A DNA stretch of 64,000 nucleotides from the NCBI GenBank assembly GCA_965113315.1, contig OZ220373.1, one strand, 5' to 3'. The notes beneath the pieces were generated by a model. The model did not search any database. It was not told where the DNA came from and saw nothing but the letters and a program-made list of their open reading frames with translations. Position 1 is the first letter of the stretch. Each line of letters starts with the position of its first letter. The DNA is from Podarcis vaucheri (lineage: Eukaryota). This document shows, piece by piece, positions 52,516 through 64,000 of this stretch. The position numbers were made by a program, and so were the translations under genes.

Positions 52516-54997
52516 TATTCACCTTTACTGACCATCTCTTGACCATGCTGGCCTTAAACCACTACAATGGGCCCAACGCAATTCCGAAGCAAACTCAGGT
52601 GGTTGCCATTCAACTGAACGACATTCTGCAAAACAGACCATTTGTAATAAATAAATAAAAAACTTCGTTGAAACGTAATTTTATTTCATGTGCGCTAGAG
52701 AACGTACAAGTTCTGCTGCAACATTCCAAGCTATGTATTGCAGAAGGCCGTTCAAAAGATTCTTAAGATACAAACACATTTGGATTTCCCAGGACAGAGT
52801 CTAGACTTATTGTAATACAAAGCAGGAAATGCATCCACCCTTGGAAATGCATCATGCTATTTTAATATTTATTGCAGAATTCTCCTCTGCATTCTAGACT
52901 AGAACCTAGTGGTTGGGCTATGGGATTACAAGATGTCAGGGACTGGCAGGACGCTGATGAGTGTGAACTGGAGGCAGGGGGGGCTGGAATCTGACTTAGG
53001 AGATGGGGGGCAGTGATTTGTGGGGATGCGTATCAGCCAGGAGGCAAGAATCAGAGGCAGGGGAAGCTTTAGAGCTGGAGGGTGGAGCACAGTATGGGTC
53101 AAAGAAGAGCAGGAAGAGGCAGGTCAGGCAACTGAAGTGCCAGGTGCTTCCCCGCCCTTTCCTGTACCACTGTCTCCAAGATCCAGGAGGGAAATGAAAG
53201 GGGATAAGCAGAGGAAGTTTCTGTGCAGGTGCAGTCTCTGGCTATGCACACACAGCCCATCAGGAGAAGGTACATAAACTGGTGGAGGGGAGTGTTCCCC
53301 TGTTACTGCAACTGCTCCACAGAGCACGGATCTAGGAATAGCTGCCTAGATGTTAGATTATAAGTGTAGATTATAAGTGACTTAAGTGTTCTCTTTGACA
53401 ATAACTACTTAATTATCTGCCACATGCATTGCTTTGGCTAAGAAGCGCCCTTGGCACAAGAGCTTCAGACTTAAAACTGGCTATTGACTCTGTGCTGTTG
53501 TTAAAATGACCTGTGAGACTTTCCTGTGCTTTAACTCTGATGCCCTATTTTTGGCTGCAAGCTGTGGTATGCTTTCTCCATTGAGGCTCCCAAGCCTCCC
53601 ATTAAGGCTACAATCCTGCCACATGGATAACTTCTGCTGAAGTAACTGGGATGCACACTGGCATATAGGCGGGGACAGGAAGGCTGCCAACGTTTTTCAG
53701 GTAGACTAAATTCCTAATTTTCTGTGGGAAGTTTCAGGCAAGGGAGCAAGCTGTGCCATGTCCATCTCTTTATCTGAATGTGGCATTTCCTAGAAAAGTC
53801 AGGCTGGCAGCATAATTAAGGCAGACCTGCTGGAAAGCCAAACAAAGTGCTTCCCATTCAAAAGTTTCTATTTACTCATTTAGGATTTTGCTTTGTGCCA
53901 ATCTGCTAGCCCTCCCCTAGGCATACCTACATATGCATCCCCCTGCTGGGAAACAGTAATGAGACTCTTTCTGGGTACCCTACTGTTTCAGCTAAAAAAG
54001 AAATGGAAAGACTCCTCCTATCCCGAACAAACGACTATGCAGAGGGCATGATCCTGCACAAACCTTCTGAAAGGAAGCAGACATGTATTTTGGTAGCTTC
54101 TTCATTTCTCCCTCCTACTTTTCCACGAAAACACTATTTTGCCGTCGTGGGAATAAATTTCCCTGACTTGCAGTGAAAAATCAGTTTGTACTTTGCTATG
54201 TGTTAGGAGCAGATTCGCCATTTCCTGGACTGATCCATTCCAGGTTTCCAGCAGAAGGATGCTTTAAAAAAAATAAAAATCCTAATTTGGGCCACATGTT
54301 GCTGGTGGTGATTTGGAGTTTAGGAGGGAGGGGGAGAGAAGGGGAGGTATGTGGGGTGGGAGATTGTTGGGGGGGGGAGAGGGAGGAAGATGATGAAAAG
54401 ACCAGCACCACAAGTGAAGCACATTACCAGCCCAGAGTGGAAAGGGCCGGAAGGAAAACCCACCCACCTCACCCTGCGTTTATTCTATCAACCTGCAATT
54501 GCAACAATCAAAGCCAGATGTCGGCTCTTCCAGATCTTTCTCACAGGACAAACATGCGAAAGGCCTAGGGCCTGGCGTTGCCATCAAATGGTAATTGATA
54601 CCATATGAGCCACGAAACAGAAAAAGCACATGCAAACCACCCCCAGACCCGTGAGAGGTATGAAACGGCAGGCCCCGCTGAGCTGCTAAGTGCACGGTGC
54701 GCCATGGAAAACAAGTGTACATAGCTATGGTAACCACCTGTAAGTCAGAAAGACCAAAAAAGAAAAAAGGGAAAAAAACCCTCATTGGCAAAGACAGAAC
54801 CCTAGAGGATAACAAGAGGTTAAAGATCACGCAGGGTTAATGAAAAGGGTTGTTTAGCACAGCAGAAAATGAATGCAGGTGTGAGAACGATCACAATGGC
54901 TGTGATGCTTTCTGGTCTCACATGCCTCCCCACCCTCCCCAATTCTTTAATTGCAACATGTTCTCCTGCAATTGCCTTATGCTAAGCACGGGCAACT

Positions 54998-54998
<1 letters not shown>

Positions 54999-55042
<44 letters not shown>
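54999..55042. repeat. (TAA)n microsatellite
   Basis: About 14 perfect units. Confidence 0.95.
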
Positions 55043-56012
55043 GGTATTTATTTCTCACTTTCCATCCCCCCCCCAATTTGTAATGTTAAAGACTTTAAAA
55101 AAGAAGTCTTAAAAAACAACAACAACAACATCATAATGGATTCATTACAAAGAGAATGGTTGCAATGCTCATTTTAAAACCTTAGTGATGTCCTTGTTTC
55201 AAGCAAACATCGTGGCTAAGCCAGCTGGAGAACTGGTGTTTTAAAACAAAGAAGTTTGCTTGGCGGAAAGAGCAATGTCTCCCCACCCCCACCCCCGGCG
55301 TAATATATGTGAAAATTCTGTTTCCCCTTGTTTGGATGAGAAACACTACAAGCCACTGTGCTCCCATATATTTTACACCAATGCAATCAAGCAGAAATAT
55401 GCGGAGACTGCTGCACATTCAAAAGTTGCCGTTCAAATGCTAGTTTTTTAAAACCACAGCTCGTTCCGAGGTGAAATGTTGAGACGCAGACCACACCACC
55501 CATCTGCTCCTCACTATTTGTTCGAATTCCATCACCAATCACTTCTATACAAACAACAGCCTGATTCTAAACATACCCTAACCATTAGTAGTCTTGATTT
55601 CCCCCCCTTATCCCACTGTATATTATATCCTAACTCCACAGATCAAGTAAACTTAAAATATTTTCCAGATGGAGCAGCTAAATTCTACATTTTGTGAACG
55701 CCCAATGTTAAAAAAAGGTCAACTAAATTAAAAGAGAGAGAGAAAGAAATGCAACATGATGTCATCCCCATGCAGCAATGTTCATTCTAGTACAGTAACA
55801 ATAACAAAACACACAAACACACACCAAAGGCCCTGGGTAGCACCTATTCACATTTCTGTCCCCACTCCACCGCACCCTAGCCAGTGCAGTTTCCAGAATT
55901 CGTTTCTGGAATCTTATGGTGTCTGCTACAGTATTTCAATTAACACATCTGCAAGGAAACAAAGTACAGATGAGATCAGCCATGGTCACAGTTTGCTCCA
56001 AAGCCGGAGTTA

Positions 56013-56359
56013 AAAGGTAAAGGGACCCCGGACCATTAGGTCCAGTCGTGACCGACTCTGGGGTTGCGGCGCTCATCTCGCTTTATTGGCCGAGGGAGCC
56101 GCTGTTTGTCCGCAGACAGCTTCCAGGTCATGTGGCCAGGATGACTAAGCCGCTTCTGGCGAACCAGAGCAGCACACGGAAACGCCGTTTACCTTCCCTA
56201 TTTATCTACTTGCACTTTGACGTGCTTTCGAACTGCTAGGTTGGCAGGAGCAGGGACCGAGAAACGGGAGCTCATCCCGTCGCAGGGATTCGAACCGCCA
56301 ACCTTCTGATCGGCAAGTCCTAGGCTCTGTGGTTTAACCAACAGCGCCACCCACGTCCC
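56013..56359 (-). mobile_element. Full-length Sauria SINE (lacertid-type)
   Basis: Minus strand starts gggacgtgggtggcgctgttggttaaaccacagagcc, B-box ggttcgaatcc, 3' end ...cctttacctttt; imperfect TSD aaagccggagtta (56000-56012) / aaagatggagtta (56360-56372). Confidence 0.9.
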
Positions 56360-59176
56360 AAAGATGGAGTTAGTTGAAGCCTGATAAACCAACTCTTGGG
56401 TCCTCTGTTTCTATACCTACCCTATCTACTTTTAGTCACTGGAAATGTAGAGCTCAGACGATTTTGAGCTAGCTAGTTAGACCTATCAACATTACTTGGG
56501 TGACCTCCTTGATTGACTTAGGGCTCCAAGTGATAGGTGTTAACAGATCATAGAGTTCTATGTAGAGTTGGAATTGTAGAGTTGGCATGACCCCAAGGGT
56601 CATCTAGTCCCAACACCCTGCAATGCAGGAAGCTCAGCTAAAGCACCCATGACAGAGGGCCATCTAACCTCTTTTAAAACCTCCAAGGCAGGACAGTCCA
56701 CAACCTCCCAAGAGAGATTTGGAAAAAAATACTCTTTCCGCAAGACCAGGTTTCAAGACGCCTACTAGTACAAAACCCTGTACAAAGCAAACAACCATTA
56801 TATTTTCCCCCAAACATCATAGTCTCTTCTTTTTTAACTCAGAGGCTGCACGTTTCTCCATATGCTGCAATACAAAACGATTGCAATGGAAAACAATGGT
56901 TACTGGAAGAAGGAATTTCCTGCATGGGTTATTCAGCTGGAAGCTGCTTGATGATAGAAAAGGACGTGACAAATGAAGGATATGCTTAAAAGACAGAAGT
57001 ATTAGCAAGATCAAATGTAAATAATGAAAGAAAGAACTGGATTTGCATTAATACCACAATTTCTAAATGGTTGTCCAGCACGTAACAACAGCTTGCTTAA
57101 GATTTTTAGGTGTATCACAAAGACGTAAAGAAGCATGTAAGCGTGGAAGATAGATAGCTATCTTCTTGATCCAGGAGTAGGTTCTTCGCCAAGATGGAAC
57201 ATAATTGAAGGCTAACACTGTAAAATGTTTGGGTACCACTAGACTACAGAGAATTTAACTACAAACATGAGTGGGGGAAAATATTTGAATGGCAGAATGA
57301 TAGTGAGAAGTGAGATTGGACTGCTCACCACACAAAAAAGCACCAGAGTTTGCAGTGGCCTACCTTCTAATAGTTCACAGATGAAAACAGGATGTTTATG
57401 TGTTCTTCTAACACCAGTGCCTTTTGGACATGATGTTAAAGCATAATTTTTCACAGAAACAAACCTCAGTCTCACACACTCCCTCCACCTGCAGCAGCAC
57501 AGCTGCTAGGGGGAGATCACTTCCACTTGTGTAGAGATTCCTGATCTGTTCAAATTCTGGGGAACACCATCTTATTTGAAACATCCAGGATCAAACCATG
57601 GTTTACAATTCCCGAGTTCACATTGTAACAGGGAACAAGAGCTAATTTAAAAATGGAATCAGATGCTCCCAATCTTGTCGCAGCCCTGCCAGTGGAGGAG
57701 GCGTAAGGTTGGGACATGTAAGCCTGAGGCTCAGGAAACTCGTTCCTATAGTGCTAAACCATATTCCACACTCCATACCACTTACACGTTGCAGACAGCT
57801 GGACCGATATACGCTGTGTTAATTAAATCTGCCTGTCCAACACTGGTTTCTAACATGGGTATATTATAAACTGAGTTTCCTTTGTTAAAAAACACCTAGC
57901 TTTAAAAGGCTTAATATCATGCTTAATCAATACAATTATTGCATTTCCTATACAATACCAGTAACTGAGAACATGGTCACCTTCCCTGCAACATCTTGAT
58001 AAGGGGTATGTGGGGTATCGCAGGGACAAGCATCTGGATTTAGGGTTGGAAATCTATGGGTTCTACCTCCCAACAGCTCCAGCCAGCATAGCCGTTGGTC
58101 AATGATGGAAAGGATTTGGAATCCAAGAACATCTGGAGGTCAACAGGGTCATCAGCTCTGGTTTAGTCAAGAAAGAACATCTGGATTTTATCACTACCTG
58201 GATCTAGTCGCGTGACTGAAAAGCAAAGATAGTGCTGCACTTCTTTGGTGGGGGGGAAGAGACCTCCCCCATAGCGTATTATTATATTGATATTCTACCT
58301 TTCAGAATACATATCCTCCAAGCCAAAGTACACTGGATTAAAAAAACATATACTACAAAATATAAAGAATAAAACACAGCAGCCAAAGCAAACAACCAGC
58401 CCAAAGGTGATAGATCTAATTTGGTCTTGAAGAATTAAAAAAAAACACTCAAAAAAACTAAATTCACCTCACATCTGGCTGGCAGAAATCAGTCTTGGTA
58501 GGGCTCCTGAGGAACTGAATTCTAGCATCTGTAGGGACACAACTAAAAAGGCCCTGTCTCTAGTGCCTACCAATGACACCTTCACCAACGTGAATGGATA
58601 CATTCATACAGGCACAGGTAGTCCTTTGAATAGCCTCATCCCAGATTATTTAGGGCTTTAATGGTTAATACCAGCACTTCAAACTGGGTCCAGAAATAAA
58701 GTGGTAGCCAATATAACAGGCACAAAATAGCTATAATGTAACTGTTGAGCTTGCCCCCATCATATTTTGATCCAATTGTAGTTTCATCTTTAAAAGCAGT
58801 GTTGGGTAGAGAAAATTATGCTGCTTTTAAAGCATCAAACAGTTCACCACCTCCTCAGGCAGCCTGTTCCACTCTGCAACAGCTCTTACCATTAGGAAGT
58901 TTAGCCAAAATCTGCTTCCTCACCATTTCCGGCCATTAGGAGCGAAAGTGAACATGTTTGCTCCACCTCCTATATAACAACTTTTCAGGAATTTATTTAT
59001 AACAAATATTTATACGCTGCTATTCATAGAATGTGTCAGGGCAGTTTACAACACCCAGAGGGCTCCCCATCAGTGCACTAGACAAAAGATACAGCCGTTT
59101 CCCATTTAGAGATTTAAAGTCTAGGGTCTCAGTGGAGAGGACAAAGACTAGAACTTTAAGTAGAGCACCTCTGATG

Positions 59177-59179
<3 letters not shown>

Positions 59180-59226
<47 letters not shown>
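59180..59226. repeat. (CA)n microsatellite
   Basis: About 23 perfect units. Confidence 0.97.
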
Positions 59227-59227
<1 letters not shown>

Positions 59228-59241
59228 TTTAAAGGTATTAT

Positions 59242-59593
59242 CGATGGAGGTGGAGACGCTGAAGGAGCGTCTCCACCTCCATCGTTCTGCCTGGACACTG
59301 AGGTCCAGCGCTGAGGACCTTCTGGAGGTTCCCTTGCTGCGAGAAGCCATGTTACAGGGAACCAGGCAGAGGGCCTTCCCGGTAGTGGAACGCCCTCCCA
59401 CCAGATGCCAAAGAGAAAAATAACTACCAAACTTTTAGAAGACATCTAAAGGCAGCCCTGTTTAGGGAAGCTTTTAATGTTTAATAGGTTATTGTATTTT
59501 AGTGTTTTGTTGGAAGCCGCCCAGAGCGGCTGGGGGGGGGGGACCCAGCCAGATAGGCGGGGTATAAATAATAAATTATTATTATTATTATTA
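59242..59593 (+). mobile_element. Short 5'-truncated L2 LINE with fold-back 5' end
   Basis: ctgaaggagcgtctccac...agggccttcccggtagtggaacgccctccc...aaggcagccctgtttagggaagctttt...gcggggtataaataataaa(tta)n. Confidence 0.8.
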
Positions 59594-61965
59594 GCCACTT
59601 ACATACTCAAATGGCATCTAAAGTACAGTCAAGGGGTGGAGATCGCATTGATTACCGAAAATATTTTTTAAAAAAGAAGAAGTAGGTTCAGATATGGCTT
59701 TAACCTATAAGAATTGTGGAAGGAAGGTTACTGAAGAAATGGAAGACAGAGGATAAGTAGGGCCTACAAAGGAACAGTAAAACATCAACAGTTTCTCAAG
59801 AGTTATTCTGTTTCACGTAAAGATACAACCCTGTTAGGTACACAAGATGTGGCAGGAATAAGGTAGGTCAAGCACGAGAAGAAAATGTGAGGTGAAAATG
59901 ATGTGCAGAAAATGAAGGAACAAAGGGAAGACATGCAAGCAACAGTAAGGGTTGGTACTCAAAGGGGATGGTAATTCCGCAATCCCATTATTTCAATAGA
60001 AGTCGGGAGGGGCTTGGAAATTCAGCACCAGCTTTTGCATGGGGGGATTATTATTATTATTATTATTTTAAAGTGCAAAGGAGAAATGATGGAAGACAGA
60101 AATAAAAGTGACGACAAAAAGAACAAAGGTGCCATTTGGCAGAAATTCAGGGGTGGCTGCCATATGTAAATTCTAAATCACATTTAATTTAAGCTAGTAT
60201 GTCCCCAAGCATTTTTTAAAAAGGGCTCCCAGTAGAGGGATAGAAAAGAAAGAGAAACAATTCATGTGTTTTCCTTTCATTTCCTCTCAGCTATATGGAA
60301 TTTCTCCTGGCCAGATTTACTGAGAACCATTTTGTGTTTTCAATTTCTACATTCTGTTTACAAATACACATGAATGCAGCGAAGGCATAAGACATCTGCC
60401 CAAATTCTCTTCCATGACTTCTCTGAAAGAAATGAACCTTAATTTGAGGATTTTTCCCCCCAGTCACTATGGTCATTACCTTCCTAGTACACCGTGATCA
60501 AGCAACTCTCAAGAAATATACACTTCATTAATTAGACTTTACCAATTTCTGTGAAACACCCCCAGCAAATTCCTACTAATCTTGTTTTCCATACTACAAA
60601 CACTGTCATTCACGATCTCCCTCTCTGATATATCATCTGCAACACTCATCTAAAATCAAAGGAGTCGCATTTATCTGGCTCAGATAGTGTGAAATATCAC
60701 TAAAATAATGGCATTGAGTGCCAACTATAAAATACTAGATGTACCTTTCCCACAGAAGCACTCAATAAAGCAAAAGGAAAAATCCAGCCTGCAATCTGAA
60801 TGTGTAGGATAAATTACTGAACACTTCTTCAAAATGCTTCATATGAAATTTTTATTTGCATTGTAATTTTACGGCGCTAAAACTGAATTTGTCAGGCGAT
60901 TGGATAGTGTGTGGAACTAAGAGAGATATCCAGAGGTACTATACATGTTGATCCAAGAACAGAGAAACTGGAAAATCATAGAGAAGGTTAAGATATGGAA
61001 GTATCTTAACACTAGGTCACAGTAAAAACAGCCTTCTCTTGTCTTCAAAAAAACAAACAACTATTAGCCTAAATCCAACTCGGAGGTAGACATACTGAAT
61101 CCATTAGTTTCAATGGAATTAAACAAGCCTAGATAGATCATTAAATTCTTCAGGATGCTATGGCACAGCTATCATAACGCACATTTCCACATTTATTACA
61201 ATAAACATCAATGTATCTTTTGCTAGACCCGTCTCACATACGCGAATTGCTTCAAAGTGCCATATGGCAGCTGAGACATTTAATTGTACCTATATAGACT
61301 TTTAATTGTATCTGCCCTATATAGAAATGTTTCTTCAACTTTAATGCCAATATGATTTTTTCATGCACATGCTCCATGGGCTGAGTTGCATGGCATCCTC
61401 ACAGTGGCCCTTTAAACTGTGTGTGTGGGGGGGTTGTTATTGTTTTGTTTGTATGTATTTTTGTGTTTTTATACTGTAAACCAAGCTGTGATTCTTCGAT
61501 GAAGGGTGGTATACAAATAAATAATTATAATAACAAAAAAGTCCTGCTGCAACATTCTGGCCTTAGAATTTTATTAATGTTAACATGTCAATAAGTTTAG
61601 CCTTTTACGGATGTTGACATTAGGTGACTAAGTGGGTGGGGGGAAATCTCCATGTGATGAAACTGGTTGAGGAAACCCACACTAAAATGTTCTAAGAAAC
61701 GTAATGTGTGAATTTAGCTGTGGATGCACACTTCACCCCCATCATTATGTGAACAATGGAAGAACACACAAAAAGAAGAAAGGTCATGTGTGTGTTTTGG
61801 AGTAATTCATGGAATACAGGTACCTGGTTCACATGTCACACTCAACTATGGCTTAATGCAAACATGTGGGCTCCTAGATATAAACTTTGTTGCTGAGCTG
61901 TGCTGAGCTAAACCAAGGTTAGGCTTAGCATATCATCTGAATCTGGGTTCATAGTTAATCTGGAG

Positions 61966-62101
61966 CAGGCTTCCTCAAACTCGGCCCTCCAGATGTTTTT
62001 GGCCTACAACTCCCATGATCCCTAGTCAGCAGGACCAGTGGTCAGGGATGATGGGAATTGTATTCTCAAAACATCTGGAAGGCCAAGTTTGAGGAAGCCT
62101 G
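61966..62101. mobile_element. Short palindromic hAT-like MITE
   Basis: Perfect TIR caggcttcctcaaact / agtttgaggaagcctg; perfect TSD atctggag (61958-61965, 62102-62109). Confidence 0.92.
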
Positions 62102-64000
62102 ATCTGGAGAGACTGCGACCAAGGTTTGTTCTTGGTCTGGAGACAAAGCAAAGTGGCCAGGTTCACCATTCCAGGACCCTGCGCATTTGACATTTGCATT
62201 AAACCAAGGTTTGGCTTAGCACAATGTGCAAACCAAGCCAATGTAATGTCAGGTGGCTATTGGTTATTGCTGCTTGACTAGATTCCTGGAAGTTAGTCAA
62301 AGTTAGCACCTACAATCTTCTCAAGCAATTCATGTAAACTACACAACAGAAGAGAAATAGGTGACAGCAGCTTCAGGTGCAAAGACGCAATAAAACTACA
62401 AGGGGGGAGAATGTTTGCTTTTTATGTCAGAGGAGATGTCAGTACCCATTAATAAATCTATCTGCTAAATCTACTCTTATTCATGAGGGACATCACTGAG
62501 TTAAACTAAAATAAATTATCTTAATTAAATGGAATTGTTGTCTTCCTCCCGCTATCATTCCCAATTATTACATCCTAATCAGTCCTTTTGGGAGAAAGCA
62601 CGAGAAAAGGCTGAGAGGTACACTGCCTATAAACAATTTGTCTCTATGTCAAGAGGTGATTTTTTAAAATTTTCATTAGTTGGGCCTTGAAATGCATCCT
62701 GTCCTTCAGAAACGGGATCAAAAGTTTAAAAGGGTATCAGTTCAAAACAGAAAAAGGAAAGCTTTTTGTGTCATCAGCCAAGCACTACTTCCTCTTAGGC
62801 CACTCCTACAATTAAAAGCCTTGAGCAAGGCAGAGGCAAATAGGAAACATGCAAATCATTTGTTTAAATGAGAGCTGAAGGATTTAATTTTGACCTGAAT
62901 GGCAAGGTAATGCAACACAGAATGCGACCCTTTGACCACAGCATAGAAAGAAGGCTAGGAATAAAGTTTCAGCAAATTTAACAATATTGCGCTCGAGGCC
63001 ACACCACTTGTGCCTTAGTCTGGCAATATGCTAAATTGGGATATTATGTAAAGTAGATAAAACAAAACACACCACAGCTGGCCTATTAGAAGTATGTGGA
63101 TTCCATGTATCTAACCACTTAGAATCTTAGGACTCAGGCATTGTCTACTCCAGACCATTGCAAAAGACAGATTCCCCACACTTAAAGCCATGTGTGATAC
63201 TCATCTAATACATGATGAAAAACTTCCAGAAAAGGAAATTCCACAATGCCTTTGGACAGTCTGCTCCATTGTGCTAACATCTAGGGAGTATTTCCTGATA
63301 TTCAGCATAATTCCCTCCTTCTTTGGTGTTTTGGTTCAGCTTGACCTCATAGCTTCTTACATTGTACTCACAAGTTTCTCTTTCACATGGCTTCTTTTTG
63401 AACACTGGGGGGGGGGGGGGGACTAACCATATCCTGCCTTGATCTTCTTTTCCTTTTGCTATACCATCTCATTCATTTGTGACCAAAAACCTATTGTGAT
63501 AGATATGTGTTTGATGAAATTGCTGTAAGTTGCCATGAGCCAACAGGATAGGAGAGGGTTTAAGAATAATAAACCGATGGATGGATTCCCCAGGGCTATG
63601 ACCCAAACTCTTCATTGCCTTTGCTGTTTTTCTCTGAGGATGGAATTATATGGTACAAAAATAAAGAAGGGGGCTGCTGCTAAAAACAGAAGCCCCCACG
63701 TCAAGTTCTGTCCTCCCCTCTCTCCATGATGTGTTGTCCAACTTACTTCGTGTCCTGGCATCATTATGCTAAATGTTGCTTTGCCTTGCTCCTGCTCCAT
63801 AGTGTCAGCTGCTAAAAGGCTGACCCTCAGAACAACAGCACTGGGGCATGAAATAAACTGAATTACATGCTACAGAGGGAGGGAGTCTGACACAGGCTGC
63901 CATTTTCAACCACATACCTCCACCCCCCATTTCTATGTAAACAGGAATTAGGGATGGGGGAGGAATTAGATTCAGTTTGCATTTAAAGGTGAATCTACCT

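Larger units (their letters stand above)
40307..64000 (-). other. TCF4: 3' part of the large TCF4 intron upstream of the exon-9 equivalent
   Basis: Ends at the catag acceptor; neither the EVQTKKVRKVPPGLPSS exon nor the TCF4-A first exon (MYCAYTIPG...) was seen. Confidence 0.8.

Noticed and set aside
59020-59445. ORFs with (CV)n/(HT)n runs
   Set aside because: Translations of the (CA)n microsatellite and adjacent L2 fragment.
62810-62875. Minus-strand FKQMICMFPICLCLAQG weakly resembling a recalled human TCF4 alternative N-terminus (MKFKQCRC...CCLDHEGKAE)
   Set aside because: Only ~6/17 identities from memory, no start Met before FKQ, an in-frame stop follows and no donor site; would need a nucleotide alignment.

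Overview
Eukaryotic genomic DNA from a squamate reptile, most likely a lacertid lizard (Sauria SINE, lizard-type L2/CR1 LINEs and MITEs). The whole window lies inside TCF4 (E2-2/ITF2, class I bHLH E-protein), transcribed on the minus strand. Seven consecutive coding exons are present: 40201-40306, 37995-38128, 33896-34028, 28580-28647, 26305-26383, 23747-23823 and 19678-19881. All have GT-AG boundaries and splice into one 801-nt open frame (267 codons, VYAPSAST...ANRHSLM). From memory they correspond to human TCF4 exons 9-15. The upstream exon (EVQTKKVRKVPPGLPSS) and the downstream exons, including the bHLH, were not found, so both flanking introns run off the window. The rest is intron, dense in non-autonomous DNA transposons (TA-target Tc1/mariner/Tigger-like and 8-bp-TSD hAT-like MITEs), SINEs, L2/CR1 fragments and microsatellites. 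Almost all ORF-track entries are spurious. There is no CRISPR array, operon or convincing new multi-gene system. The most interesting items are TE-level: a hAT MITE carrying a telomere-seeded 22-bp minisatellite, a young sense-oriented L2 with a poly(A) signal, an L2 with a fold-back 5' end, inverted MITE copies flanking exons 9-11, E-box-bearing MITEs, and a candidate cryptic exon/enhancer at ~54.5-54.8 kb. Family names and exon numbers come from recall, not database searches.
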